Shown: positions 1-12,429 of the stretch, one piece after another | How the letters are laid out: each line of letters begins with the position of its first letter | Position numbering within the stretch: the stretch's first letter is position 1 | Source: Felis catus | Lineage: Eukaryota | Direction of reading: 5' to 3' | Assembly: GCF_018350175.1 (NCBI RefSeq) | Contig: NC_058368.1 | Span: 132,062,001 to 132,126,000, forward strand | DNA length: 64,000 nucleotides | Position numbers and translations under genes: made by a program | The notes under the pieces: model-generated | Told to the model about the DNA's origin: nothing | Database searches by the model: none | What the model saw: the letters and a program-made list of their open reading frames with translations, nothing else

Positions 1-334
1 ATTTCAACAGTTTTCCCACTAATATACTTTTCCCGTTCCAGGATCCAATCTGGAGTCTCACACTGTATTTACTTGTTATGCCTTTTTAGTTTCTTCAATC
101 TGTGATTTTCTTATTCATTGTCTTTCATGACCTTGACCTTTTGAAGAGTGCTGGTCATTAATTTTGTAGAATGTCTCTCAGTTTGGATATCTGCTATTTT
201 CTCATGGTTATAGTGAGATTATCCATTTTTGGGCAAAAATACCACAAAAGTGATGTTATACTCTTCTCAGTGCATCATATCAAGGGGTACATGATGTTGG
301 TATGTCTTATTCCTGGTGATATAAACCTTGATCA
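1..334 (-). mobile_element. Old L1 (L1MC/ME-type) 3' UTR fragment
   Basis: Resembles reverse-complemented L1MC 3' end (ttccaggatccaatc...ttttgtagaatgtc...cagtgcatcatatca); recalled consensus. Confidence 0.65.
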
Positions 335-404
335 CTGACTAGAATTTTCTTCTCTATGCTTTGTTTCTAAACATTTTCATTTCTTCTCTAATTATCCTTT
401 CTCC

Positions 405-1087
405 TGTAGTGAACTCATCCTTTCTCATGAGTTTCAGTGTCATTTATCTACACCTCAAATATAACGAAATTTATATTTTTATGCTGTATCTCTCCTTTGA
501 ACTTCAGGCCATATGTACATCAGCCTACTTAATCTTTCCACTTGGATACCTAATAAGGATCACAAACATAATATTCAAAGCCAAACTCCCAAGTTTCCAA
601 CCATCTTCTACATCTTTGTGAAAGACAGTCCATCTTTCCAGTAGCTCAAGCCAAAAATCTTGGTGTCATCATTCACTCTTCTCTTTCTTTCTCACTACAT
701 CAGTGCATCAGAAAATGCCGCTGGTTCTATATTAAAAATCTATCCAGGCTGTAACCACTTCTTACCACCTTCTCAGCTACCACTCTCAAGTGAGTAAGTC
801 ACCACCACTGCCATCTTCCACTTGGATTATTGCAATTGTTACCCAACTGATGTCCTTGATGTTGGCCTTATTTCCCTAAAGTCTTTTCTCCACAGAGCAG
901 CCACAGTAATCTTTCAAAAGTCTAAGTCAGACCATGTAATTCCTCTGATGAAAACCCTCCAATAGGGGCACCTGGGTAGCTCATTCAGTTAAGCGTCCGA
1001 CTCTTGATTTAGGCTCAGGTCGTGATCTCATGGTCATGAGATGGAGCCCCAGGTCAGGCTCTGTGCTTGGTGTGGAGCCTGCCTGAG

Positions 1088-1146
<59 letters not shown>

Positions 1147-1380
1147 GCCCCTCCCCAGCTTGCACACATTCTCTCTAAAACAAAGCAAAGCAAAGCAAAA
1201 CAAAACACAAAAAGCAACCCTCCAATAACTTCCCATCTCACTCAGTTAAAAGCTAAAATCCTTTCCCAGTGGACTACATGGCTCTACATGGTCCAGTCTG
1301 CCAACTTCTCCAATCACATCTATGTGTTTTCATTTCCTACTGCCCTCCTCCTTGCAATTCCTTGAAACTCAACAAGTTTG
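405..1380 (+). mobile_element. L2 LINE fragment, interrupted by a Can-SINE
   Basis: L2-like text: cttccacttggat, gctcaagccaaaaatcttgg, agcagccacagtaatctttcaaaagtctaagtcagaccatgt. Confidence 0.75.
965..1213 (+). mobile_element. Can-SINE with long (CT)n tract
   Basis: ggggcacctgggtagctca head, (CT)n, A-rich tail, TSD aaccctccaata. Confidence 0.95.
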
Positions 1381-1489
1381 CTCCTAATTCTGACTAGAAT
1401 TTTCTTCTTTATGCTTAGTTTCAAAATATTTTCATTTCTTCTCTAATTATCCTTTCTCCTCTAGTGAACTCATCCTTTCTCATGAGTTT

Positions 1490-2365
1490 GTGATCATTTC
1501 TCTACATAAATTCCAGGTCTTTGCTCATGATTCCAGTCCTCTTTTTCAGGAACCCCCCACTCAGTAAATGGCAGCTCAACCAATCCAGCTGCACATACTG
1601 GAGCCTCACAATCATCCTCAATGATGTCTTCTCCCTCATGTCCAATCTATTATAAAACACCGTGTCTTTTTTTCCCACATAAACAACATTCAGACCTGTC
1701 TAATTCTCATCTCCACTGCTAATACCTGGGTTCACTATTATCTCTCCTTCCTCATCTCTTTGCCACTGCCAATCAATTCCCCCCACTGCGGCCCAACTGG
1801 CCTTTTCTCAATGCAAATCTGATCCAGTCACAGACTGTTTACATGCTCTTAATGACTTCCCACACCTAGTAGACATAGACCATAATCCTTAACATGACTT
1901 ACATAGCCCTCCTGGCGTGGCCCTCATCCTTCACATTCCAGCCATAGCCGCCTTCTCTCCATTCCTCAGATGGCACTATGCTTACCCTTGCCATGGCCTG
2001 CTCCTCTTTTAGGGAAACACTCCACCCAGCCCCTCCTGTCCTACTCTCCACCTTACTCTTTTGCCTCACTAAAATCTATACCTATACATGCTCACACTGC
2101 AATTTAATTATCATTTCCTCAGAGGAGCCTCCCCTGCTCCTCCATCCAGAGAAAGTGTCTTCGTTTTATACTACCAAAGAATCTTGCTTCATCCCTGCAG
2201 AATGCTCACATTATCTTATAATTGTCTGTTCAATACTGGGATTATTTGTCAAATATCTGTCTGCCCCATTAGACTGTAAATCTTATAGCAGAGAGCTAAG
2301 TGGTCGACAAATGGTCCACATTCAATCAATATTTGTGGAATGAATAAATGAATAAATCAATGGAT
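1490..2365 (+). mobile_element. L2 LINE 3' fragment
   Basis: tcagtaaatggca, aatgcaaatctgatc, ttagactgtaaa, and the L2 tail caatatttgtggaatgaataaatgaat. Confidence 0.7.
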
Positions 2366-2500
2366 TGATAAAAATAAAATCATGCTTTTGAAAGACAGAT
2401 CTGACAAATCAGTTGATAAAAGGAGGAGAAAGTGAAGGGCAGGAGTTCTGTATAATTAGTAGGCCATTTGAGTAACATTGGCCAGGAAAGGGGAAATAAA

Positions 2501-2691
2501 TTTTTTTTTAATGTTTATTTATTTATTTTTAAGAAAGACACAGAGCAGGGGAGGGGCAGAGAGAGAGGGAGAGAGAATCTCCAGCAGACTCTAAGCTGTC
2601 AGTGCAGAGTCCAATGCAGGGCTTGATCCCATGAACAGTGAGATCATGACCTGAGCCGAAATTGGATGCTAAACCAACTGAGCCACCCAGG
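2501..2691 (-). mobile_element. Can-SINE
   Basis: tttatttattt tail, agatcatgacctgagc, gagccacccagg. Confidence 0.93.
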
Positions 2692-4149
2692 AAATAAAAT
2701 TCTAAACAAGGATAATGGAAAGGGAATGGAAAGTGGCTATTAGGGGTTGTATTTGTTCTACTGACAAAGTCACCCACAAACAGCCAGGGACACTGTGGTC
2801 TGTGCCCACTGCTCATCCCACATGTGGGCAGAGGATCAACAAAGGCCTGGCATGTTCAGCAGTCTCAACACTGGGGGGAAGTTCTGCGGTGAAGACAAAA
2901 GGCGCTTTCTAGGACATTTTGTCTCTTAAAAAGACAAATCCATTTGAATGACAAAGAAATTCCAGTAACATATTGCCATTCTTTGGACCCTGGGGGTTCA
3001 TAAATAGGCTGGTTCCTGTGTTTTTAACAGCATCTGATATATTTGATTACATTTTCAATTCAAAGAGTTCCATTGCTACAAGAAGCAACTTCATTACCAG
3101 GAGGGCCCAGAGCCCAGACTATACTAGCTCCCTGTATTATAATTTAGCCTCAGTCATACCTCAGACAATATTTATACAAGGTCACTTCTTCAAACCATGT
3201 CTAGCCTTCCCAAATGACAATATTATTTATGCCAAATGCTTCTCCTAAGGGATGGAAAACTGCCAACTCTGGTTTAATAGGCTATACGGACAGGCTAGAA
3301 AAACATCATTTGCAGCACACACAGTTTATGCATTTAGTGTATAACTAGGGGTACAGATTGATCATTGGAAACATGGCCGAAAGCTGGCCCTAGGAAAAAA
3401 AAAAGCCACAAAGGCACTAAGGTTTGGATCTTTCCTCTATGATATTAGTTTTGGAAACCCTAGGTTTAGTCAGAATTATGAATGCACAAGAGAGAGCTGC
3501 CTCAGACTTCAGTGGCTACCTGAATATCCAAAATAGGGGGAAAACCTGCAAAAGGAAATTTAACTTGGGCGTGTGTGCCCAGCAGCCATCCTCATGTGGT
3601 TACAAATTAATGTGACCATCCAGTGGAACAGGCAGCCCAGGGGCCTTTGGTAACAAAGAACAGTCTAACCCATTGATGTTAATTTACCAAATTATTCACA
3701 TCCCGCAATCTGGAATAGAAATCAGTGGCCAAAAAATGCCTCCTCTACACCTCAGTCAAAACACCTATAAAAATCTAGATACCAGGAGGCAAAGTCTGGA
3801 ACATAAACTACTTCATCCTGTTGCTGATGAGTTATTACAGTACAGAATGCTCGGGCTGCCAGGGGCGTCGGGGCTACACTTGCTTCCAAGCTCTGCTCTT
3901 GGTGGCGCCTTTAATAAGACATTTGGTCAAAATGTATTGGTGACAACTCCTTTCTCTTAAAATCTAGTTAAGGATACAAGTCATACCGCCCACTTAATCC
4001 CTTACAGACCACTGGACCTTTAAAATCTCCATGGTAGAAAATTAACAAACTCTGGGAGGCCAAGCTTTCGCCTACAGTATAAAATATCCCTGCATGACTT
4101 GGTGATGATACATTCACTAATAAACAACTTATACATTATTGTCTTTTAT

Positions 4150-4367
4150 TTATTTAAAAAATGTTTAATGTTTATTTATTTTTAGAGTGAGAGAGACAGA
4201 GCACAAGCATGGGAGAGGCAGAGAGAGACACACACAGAATCTGAAGCAGGCTCCAGGCTCCGAGCTGTCAGCACAGAGCCTGATGCTGGGCTCGAACTCA
4301 CGAACCTCGAGGTCACGACCTGAGCCAAAGTCGGACGCTCCACCAACTGAGCCACCCAGGCACCCCC
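4150..4367 (-). mobile_element. Can-SINE (felid type)
   Basis: caggctccaggctccgagctg insert; TSD attattgtctttt. Confidence 0.95.
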
Positions 4368-4526
4368 ATTATTGTCTTTTAAATAGATAACTACCATTCC
4401 TACATAAAAATATTGTATTTAAGTTTTAGGAAACAAATGTCAGCTTATAAAGGGGTTTCAAAATTCAAAATTGTTCCTCTGTACTGATAAATCTGGAATG
4501 GTTTTTGTTGCTTAAAATGCATTATT

Positions 4527-4740
4527 TTTTTTCAAGTTTATTTATTTTGAGACCGAGAGAGAACATGCGTGCATGAAAAGGGGAGGGGCAAGGAAAAAAG
4601 GGAGAGAGAGAGAATCCCAAGCAGGGTCTGCGCTGTCAGTGCAGAGCCCAAGGCAGAGCTCAGTCTCATGAATCGTGAGATCATGACTTGAGACGGAATC
4701 AAGAATTGGTCACTTAACCCACTGAGCCACCCAAGCACCC
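4527..4740 (-). mobile_element. Can-SINE
   Basis: Full reverse-complement SINE body; TSD cttaaaatgcattatt. Confidence 0.95.
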
Positions 4741-4889
4741 TTAAAATGCATTATTGAAAGGCTGTAAGTGTTGCATTTTTGTTTTCAAGAGCTCTCTCCG
4801 GAGGAATTACCTCCCATTGGACCAATGTTTAGTAGTACTTGAGATATCATTATTTATTAGTAATTCTAGCATTAACCCTTTTTGATAAG

Positions 4890-5185
4890 CACTTGGCCAA
4901 ACAATTCCATGGCCAGGAATTATTTCAGGACCATAATTAGAAATATGTGCAAAGATATTCACCACAGAATTACTTATTATTGGTAGTAAATGTACAACAA
5001 TAAAGAGGCTGGTTAAAACAAATTAGCTATATGATGAAATACTACATAACCATAAAAAAATCATGTTATAGAAAAATGTCTAACCCATAGGAGAAAGTTT
5101 ACAGTACACTAAGTGCAAAAAGAGATGACAAAACAATATACACCACATATATGTTCAGATGGAATGATATCAAAATACTAACCCA
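4890..5185 (+). mobile_element. Old L1ME-type 3' fragment
   Basis: aattcca..ccaggaattatt, aaagatattcacc, atgaaatactacataaccataaaaa. Confidence 0.5.
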
Positions 5186-5934
5186 TGCAGGGCTCCCCCA
5201 AGTGGTGTGGGCAGGCTTTAAGAAGGGGGCTAAGGAACTACACTGATGTGACTTGTTTTATATCCGCAAGCCAGTAAGACTTAGGGACATTTGGACAAGA
5301 GTTTTTACTTACGCTTTTATTATAGAAGTAATTCGCATCCCACCTGTCATCATCCAAGTGAGGAAGGAATAGCGTGGCCATTTTTCACTGTTCCTAGCCC
5401 AGTGGTGGTTTGGACAGGGCCTGCATGAGCCTCCATCTGGCCTTCTGTCTGAAGCATTCTCCTTAAGTCAAGAGCAAGAAACCTGACTTAGTCTCACACA
5501 GTGAGATCCCTCTGTCCTCAACAGTAAAGCATTGCCATATGGTTCCTAACATTACAGCACTCATGGGTAACCCCTGAAACTATCTTCATGTCCACATGAT
5601 ACTACGGCATAGAGATTTATTAGGATATTGTAAATAAAACTTGGATAAACAGAAGCATGAAATGGGAGACCCCACAGGCTAAAAAAAAAAAAAAAAGTTA
5701 AGAAAACAAACCTGCTTCGTCAGTTTCTCTGGCAAACAGATATGGGCCATGATTTACTAAAACAGGAGCTTTTTTGAGGCATGATTATAGACAAGAGAAA
5801 GTTGAATAAAGCTTTGGCTTTAAAGTGCTTCTGCCTGTATGTGCTGGGCTTTTCTATCTGAATGTTCTGTGGGCTCCCCATGTTCAATGCATCTGAAGCA
5901 GAGATCATTCTCTTCTTTTTTTTTTCTTTCTTTT

Positions 5935-6127
5935 CTTTAAAAAAAATTTTTTTTAAGTTTATTTGAGAGAAGGAGAGAGAGAGAGAGAGAAAGAGTGGAG
6001 GAGGGGCAGAGAGCGAGAGAGAGAGAATCCCAAGCAGGCTCCACACTGTCAGCATGAACCGTGGGATCATGACCTGAGTTGAAACCAAGAGTCAGATGCT
6101 TAGTTGACTGAGCCACCCAGATGCCCC
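5935..6127 (-). mobile_element. Can-SINE
   Basis: GA tract, atcatgacctgag, gagccacccagatgcccc. Confidence 0.93.
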
Positions 6128-6547
6128 TCTCTTCTTCTTTTTTTTTTGTTTTTTGTTAATGTCACTATTTGGATGGTACCAGAATAGAGGCGACAGGCAA
6201 AGCAAAAGAGATGACTGAGTACTCTGGTCAGAAGCATAGTGAGATTGGGGAAGAGAACCAAGGATAGACCTTTGGGACAGGCCCACATCTGAGGTAGAGG
6301 GAGAAAAAAGTAAATTCAAAGGGACCATCCAAGAAGTCAGAGTAGGAATGAGTTTGCTCTGTATCAAGGTATATAAACATCATTTGCTTTAAGGTGGAAA
6401 TTTTAGTCAAAAATATAGTCTGAAGACAACATAGTTTTATTTTGTTTGATGCTAATGGATCTCTGCCTGAAACTAAAATAATCCAGATGCATCAGATAAA
6501 GCAAAACTGTGCTTAAATACTTCCAAGAGTTCAACTATTTCACTTGC

Positions 6548-6551
6548 CAAA

Positions 6552-6592
<41 letters not shown>
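6548..6592 (+). repeat. (TAAA)n microsatellite
   Basis: Direct tandem repeat. Confidence 0.95.
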
Positions 6593-6594
<2 letters not shown>

Positions 6595-7304
6595 CTTTTT
6601 AAGAGGTAAGTGAATAATTACAGGCATATAAAAGGAGATCCAAAAGGTTGACTGTATCAAAAAAAATTTGTAAATGGGTACAACTTGAAAAGGTCCTACT
6701 GACTTTATAGGCCCAGGATTCTCATTCATAAAGGTTAAATTGACATTTTTGCTTGAACGCATTATTAAACAGTAGGAGCTAATGGGGGTTCACCTTTGTT
6801 TCCTAGACCTAAGTGTTGTCTGGCTCCCTCTGTTCAGAAATAACCACAGGGCTCTCTCACTCAGCAGTAATGCTGAGAGCATCCTCCCAGACTGGAAGGT
6901 TGAAAACTGTTGCCTCTGTGGTTCCTGAAGCTGGGATCAGACTAGAACAATTGTGCAGTCAATTTGGCCCATCTTGAAGACTCTGGCTCTCAAATGGCAG
7001 GGCTGTGCAGACTAAACTAGAGGTTATTTTACAAGGACCATCAAAATCCTCATTTGCATGTGTGAAATTCCTGTGGAGAGGCTGGTTTTGAATCAGGCTG
7101 GTTGGGCCAGATTACAAGTTGAGTCTGCTAGTGTGAATGTGAATAGCATCAGCTAGATCTCAGCCCCTTCCAGTCAGCCTTTCTCTTCTGGGGACCAAAT
7201 CACTAGCCAGTTGTTTGAATTTCAACACAAGTGACCCCAACACCTGCCATTCACCTCCTAGCTAGCAGAGGACATCAAATTTTCTTAGAAAAAAAAATGG
7301 TCAT

Positions 7305-7545
7305 TGGGCGCCTGGGTGGCTCAGTTGGTTGAGCGTCTGACTTCAGCTCAGGTCATGATCTCACAGTCTGTGAGTTCGAGCCCCACGTCGGGCTCTGTGC
7401 TGACAGCTCAGACCCTGGAGCCTGCTCCCGATTCCGTGTCTCCCTCTATCTTTCTGCCCCTCCCCCACTCGTGCTCTGTTTCTCTCTCTCTCTCTCAAAA
7501 ATAAATAAAAACATTTAAAAAATTAAAAAAATAAAATAAAATAAA
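7305..7545 (+). mobile_element. Can-SINE (felid type)
   Basis: gggcgcctgggtggctcag head; TSD aaaatggtcat. Confidence 0.95.
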
Positions 7546-7569
7546 ATGGTCATCACCAGCCACCACCAC

Positions 7570-7800
7570 AATAATGATGTTCACTGAGTACTTACATTGT
7601 GCTAAGTGCTTTACATGCATCATATACTCAGATCCTCACAGCACCCCTATGAAGTTTGGTATTACCATTGTATTACCATTTCTCAGAGGAGAAAACTGAA
7701 GCTCAGAGAGATTAAGGATAACTCATCCCAGGTCACACAGGTAGAAAGCAGTAGATCTGAAGGCAGATAGTTTCACTTCCACATTTATGTCTTTTACCAC
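7570..7800 (-). mobile_element. MIR SINE
   Basis: tgtgctaagtgctttacatg...gagaaaactgaagctcagagag core. Confidence 0.8.
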
Positions 7801-8759
7801 TTTTGCCTGATGGTGTGTTGCTTCCTTCTAGTAGGCTGATTTCAGCTGGCAATGAATAGCAGCAATGAACGCTGGGATCAAAACCAAAAGGTTGTGTGAT
7901 ATGGAACAAATCATCAAGTTTGAATAGAACTCAGGTACTTGTGTCATTTTTGTCTCAAAACAGAGCTGTGTGAATCATAGGGAGCCATGCCACTTGCGGA
8001 GGGTGATTCTAGTTCTTAATCTGGACATGACGGCACAGTATATGCTCCATTCCTCTATCTCCCAGTAGCAACTAACTCTCTTGATTCCACAGTTTTGTTT
8101 TGTTTTTTCCCTCTGGGGCAGCTCTGGGATTCAGAACTTTCTCTATAGAGGCTTGAGGAAAAGAAAGCAACCTATAAACGAAGTCCTAAATTCGAGCTGT
8201 GGAGGGCGTGTGCCTATCTATACGGTTGCAGCTGCAGAGACCATCCCTCAGCGTCCCTTTCAGGGTACAGAGCTAGGGAGCATGAGGAAAATGGGGCCAC
8301 TTATTCTTCAGCTTAGAGATTCTTCTGAACCATCAGGAAACACTTGCTTTGGGAGGGAGGTGTGTGACTGCAGGCCCCTGATGTCCCTTCCAGGGAACAA
8401 CGCGGCACAGAACTTACAAATTTCTCAGCCCTCCATCCCTCCAGAACATCCTCCGCATATGGAGGGGGGTGTCCTATACTCATCACCTGGACAGCAGTCT
8501 GGCAACCACTGGCCAAAGTGGTTTATAACATCTGGATAACTGTTTCCAGATGTGGCCTTCCCCTGAAATACTTGATTAAAAGTTTCACACTCAGCATCTG
8601 GAAATAACTGACATATGCACAGAGAGTTCCTATCATCTGCACCCAGAGTAAAGCAGTAGGGCCACTCCAGAAGATGAGAGGATGTTCAGAGCAAGCCCAA
8701 GAAAACTGTGAGATGGTGTATCTGTTGGGTCCTCATTGAAGTCAAGCAAATGGAGCCGA

Positions 8760-8975
8760 GTCCGGAGGCAGTAAAATGGACTGTCAGAGCTAGGGTTTGG
8801 AGTCAGACAGATCCGCATCCAAACACCAACTCCACCAATCACGAGCAAGGTCTTCAGCAAAGACTTTAACCTCTCAGAGCCTCAGATTTCTCCTCTGTAA
8901 AATGGGAATGCAACAATCCTCAGGGGAAGATTGTGACATGCCTGGCACATAGCAGGCACTCAATAAATGGTAGTT
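8760..8975 (+). mobile_element. MIR SINE
   Basis: tttggagtcagacag...ctctcagagcctcagatttctcctctgtaaaatggg. Confidence 0.8.
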
Positions 8976-9489
8976 TCTGTTTTCCTTCTTACTAGTTAAG
9001 TCTATAAACACAATTCACTGTTATGCTTATTACATAACTGAATAAAACACTTAGGATTAGAAGTTCCTTTTTCACTGTTTATACAGAACATTAACATTTT
9101 TCAAGCACAAGTAATAGCAGCAGATGTTTATAATGTGCCCTTTTGAGGAGGAGCTCAATTTCACATCAAAACTTATAAATCTCTGAATTTGTCTCAAAAA
9201 GCAAATTCAGACCAATCTGGAACCCAGATTAAAATTTTGGGGTCCTTCATGTCTTCTGGAGTTAGACATATGGATGTTACAGAGAAAAGGGAGTCCGGCT
9301 ACACCGAGAGTTAAGATTCACCAAATCTGTGAAGGGGTTGGACAAAATGATCCTCACATAACAGGTGCAGGGAGGTTAAGTGACATTATATGTATTGGGT
9401 TGAAGATTTATTCCAAATGAGTAAGCTAATTTTATTCACTCTATAGAATCTTCCCCCCCCCCCTTTACTTTGAAAGTCATTATCAATGG

Positions 9490-9712
9490 CTATAATTTAT
9501 GGAGCATCTGTAATACACCAGGGCCGTGATAGGCACCTTTCCTACACCATTTCCATGTGATCTTTATTACAACCGGCCTGTAAAGCAGGCATCGTTATCA
9601 TCCCCATTTTTCAGGTGACGAAATTGTAGCTCAAGGAACTTAAATAGTTTACCACAAATCATAAAGCCAACCAGCAGCAGACCTGGAATTTGAACCCGTC
9701 GGTCTAACTCCA
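9490..9712 (-). mobile_element. MIR SINE
   Basis: atccccatttttcaggtga...ggaatttgaacc. Confidence 0.75.
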
Positions 9713-10289
9713 AAGGCATCTGCCAACAGCTTTGAAACAGCAACTTCAACTTACCATGGAGTGAGCAAAGGGCTAGTGAAAATGACTTTTCCGCTCATCG
9801 CCTCAAGTCACCATGACAATTAACCTGTGGCATCCCCGGTTTGCCGTGTCCACAACCTGGACCGTGTCCACAGTTCCTTATGGTTGCTAGAACACCTTTT
9901 TTATTTTTCGGGTCCAGATTGCTGGACAGGTGTTCAATACAATAGCTCCTTTTCTCCCCATCTGCGTCTCTGTGCGCGAGGCCCCGATCTATCACGGGTG
10001 GCTGCTCCCCACATGTGCTCACGGCCCCGCTGATGAGAAATGGCAGAAGCAGGTATTAAAGGTGGAGGTTCTGGCTTATTGCTCTGAATGTATTAAAAAC
10101 CATTCCCAGACTCCACATAAAGAGTTTTACACACACAGCACATATGATACAAGGGAGACAGAGAAGCAGACGTGGGGATAACCACAGTGAGACAAGTAAC
10201 CACAACACAAGTCTGGAAAGACGGGCCTAAGGAAAGCTACTTTCACAGACCGGGTGATGGATCGTCTCCTCAGCAGACAGACAGCTAGA

Positions 10290-10408
10290 GGTACTTATTT
10301 TTATAAAAAGTTGACAGAAAGAACTCCAGACATCCAGGCCTGCTCTCTTCCTATTCTTGTGTCCAGAGCTGACTCAGCCTCTCTGTTTCCCTTTGCAGCA
10401 TGGTGAGT
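10290..10408 (+). promoter_or_regulatory. Candidate TATA promoter and first exon ending ATG|GTGAGT
   Basis: TATAAAA 10302-10308; GCTGACTCAGC (AP-1/ARE) around 10370; agcATGg Kozak at 10400-10402 directly followed by donor GTGAGT. Confidence 0.4.
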
Positions 10409-10639
10409 TATTCCATGCACTCGTGCTAATTCTTCACAGCCCGCTCTCTCTCTTCTCACAGGTCGTTGAAATGTCTACTTGTCTGGGTTAGAACTTGGGT
10501 GGATGCTGAATTGCCTTCTGTAGTCCTCCCCAGGGATGAATTTCTCATACCTAGGGTATTGTTGGTGGGGAAAATTCTTTCAATTTAAAGGCCCTTGAGA
10601 TGGTTATCCAAAGAATTTATTTTACTAGGCTCTTGAAGA

Positions 10640-10970
10640 CGATACTTACCATTTATTGAGTACACAGTAAGTGCCAGGTAATTTCCATAAGCTATCACAT
10701 TTAACCCTCATAAAAATCACAGAAGGTAGGTATTAGCCCCATTGTACAGATCAATAGCAGATAGGACACATACAATAAATGGAAGGGAAGATAAAACCAT
10801 ATGGTGTACCGATTTCCGCAGAGCTTCTTTAGTGTTGGAGAGGTAGGGTGATACAGTGAAAGGAGCTGCGCCTGGGCCAGGAGACCTGAATTCTTGTCCT
10901 GGCATCAACACTAGCCAGATCTGGATGTGGGCAAGACACCGGAGCTCTGTGCACCTCTGTTTATATAATC
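10640..10970. mobile_element. Two MIR fragments in opposite orientations
   Basis: atttattgag...aaggtaggtattagccccatt (-) and gagacctgaattcttgtcctggc (+). Confidence 0.6.
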
Positions 10971-11077
10971 TAAAAAAAAAAAAAAAAAAAAAGTAGTTGG
11001 TTGGACTAGGCAATTTCTATATATATGGCCTCTTTCTCTAATTTTCTTTCTTTTCCTTTCTGAAAATTTATTTATTT

Positions 11078-11287
11078 AGGGGCACCTTGGTGGCTCAAGC
11101 GTCCTACTTTGGCTCGGATCATGATCTCACAGTTGGTGGTTTTGGGCCCTGCATAGGTCTCTGTACTGACAGCTTGGAGCCTGGAGCCTGCTTCAGATTC
11201 TGTGTCTCTCTCTCTCTCCTCCCCTCCCCAGCTCACGGTCTGTCTCTCTCTCTCAAAAAATAAATAAACATTAAGAAAAATTTTTTA
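11078..11287 (+). mobile_element. Can-SINE
   Basis: TSD aaatttatttattta. Confidence 0.93.
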
Positions 11288-11316
11288 AATTTATTTATTT
11301 AAATTCAAGTTAGTTT

Positions 11317-11560
11317 GGGGCGCCTGGGTGGCTCAGTCAGTTAGGCATCTGACTTCTGTTCAGGTCATGATCTCACAGCTCATGATTTCGAGCTCCGTGT
11401 CAGGCTCTGTGCTACAGCTCAGAGCCTGGAGCCTGCTTCGAATTCTGTCTCCCTCTCTCTCTCTCTCTCTGCCCCACCCCCACTCGCGTTCTGCCTCTCT
11501 CTCCTTCAAAAATAAACATTAAAAAAAAAAAACACCAAATAAATAAATAAATAAATAAGT
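11317..11560 (+). mobile_element. Can-SINE
   Basis: TSD aaattcaagttagtt. Confidence 0.93.
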
Positions 11561-11912
11561 AAATTCAAGTTAGTTAACATACAGGGTAGTGTTGGTTTCA
11601 GGAGTACAATTCAGTGATTCATCATCTCCATATAACACCCAGCACTCATCCCAGCATATGCCCTCCTTAATGCCCATCACCCATTTAGCTCATGTCCCCA
11701 CCCACCTGCCCTCCAGTAACCCTCAGTTTTTTCTGTGTATTTAAGAGTCTCTTATGGTTTGCGTCCCTCTCTATTTTTATCTTATTTTATTTTTCCTTCC
11801 CTTTCCCTATGTTCATCTGTTTTGTTTCTTAAATTCCACATATGAGTGAAATCATATGCTATTTGTCTTTCTCTGACTGACTTGCTTAGCATAATATGCT
11901 CTAGTTTCATCC
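11561..11912 (-). mobile_element. Carnivore L1 3' end (5'-truncated)
   Basis: Reverse complement of the same 3' UTR seen at ~33790-34135 (taagagtctcttatggtttg, ttaaattccacatatgag). Confidence 0.9.
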
Positions 11913-12114
11913 TCTTCCTCTAACTTTCTATGACTATGAGCTATTTTCATACTGTAGTTAATGTTAATAATGTCAGACTCTCCATGAATGAAGTCCTAGA
12001 ATAAAACTAGTCCATCAGCACTGAATTGATGTCTTTCATCATCCAGCTCTGGAAAACATCCCATCCAAGCCACATCTAGATTATGATTTAGCAAGCCATA
12101 GATTTTTAAATGCT

Positions 12115-12310
12115 TTTTCTTAAAAGTTTTTATTTATTTTTGAGAGAGAGAGTGCACAAGTGGGTAAGGGGCAGGGTGGTGGTGGGGGACAGAGGATCCA
12201 AAATGGGCTCCTCTGCCAGCAGAATGCCCGGCTCAGGACTCGAACTCGTGAGAGATCATGACCTGAGCCAAAGTCATATGCTTAACTGAGTGAGCCACCC
12301 AGACACCCCT
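12115..12310 (-). mobile_element. Can-SINE (diverged)
   Basis: agatcatgacctgagcc, gagccaccc; TSD-like agca(a/t)gccatagatttt. Confidence 0.88.
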
Positions 12311-12429
12311 AGCATGCCATAGATTTTAAAGACAAACTGAAGCAGAACTTCAAGCCCTGTGGCATAATCACAGAAGCAGTTGTTTTTCTACCTTGGATCT
12401 GAGAAGTTTCCTTACAAAAGAATAGGTGT

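Noticed and set aside
965..1060. tRNA-like A/B boxes as tRNA genes
   Set aside because: They are the tRNA-derived heads of SINEs
981..1241. ORFs with poly-ER tracts, and many 'WVAQ...SSSPASGSVLTA' ORFs across the window
   Set aside because: They are translations of Can-SINE bodies and their (CT)n/(GA)n tracts
10403..10461. Intron linking the ATG exon to an acceptor at 10461
   Set aside because: Only 59 nt, below typical mammalian minimum intron size, and the joined frame stops after a few codons
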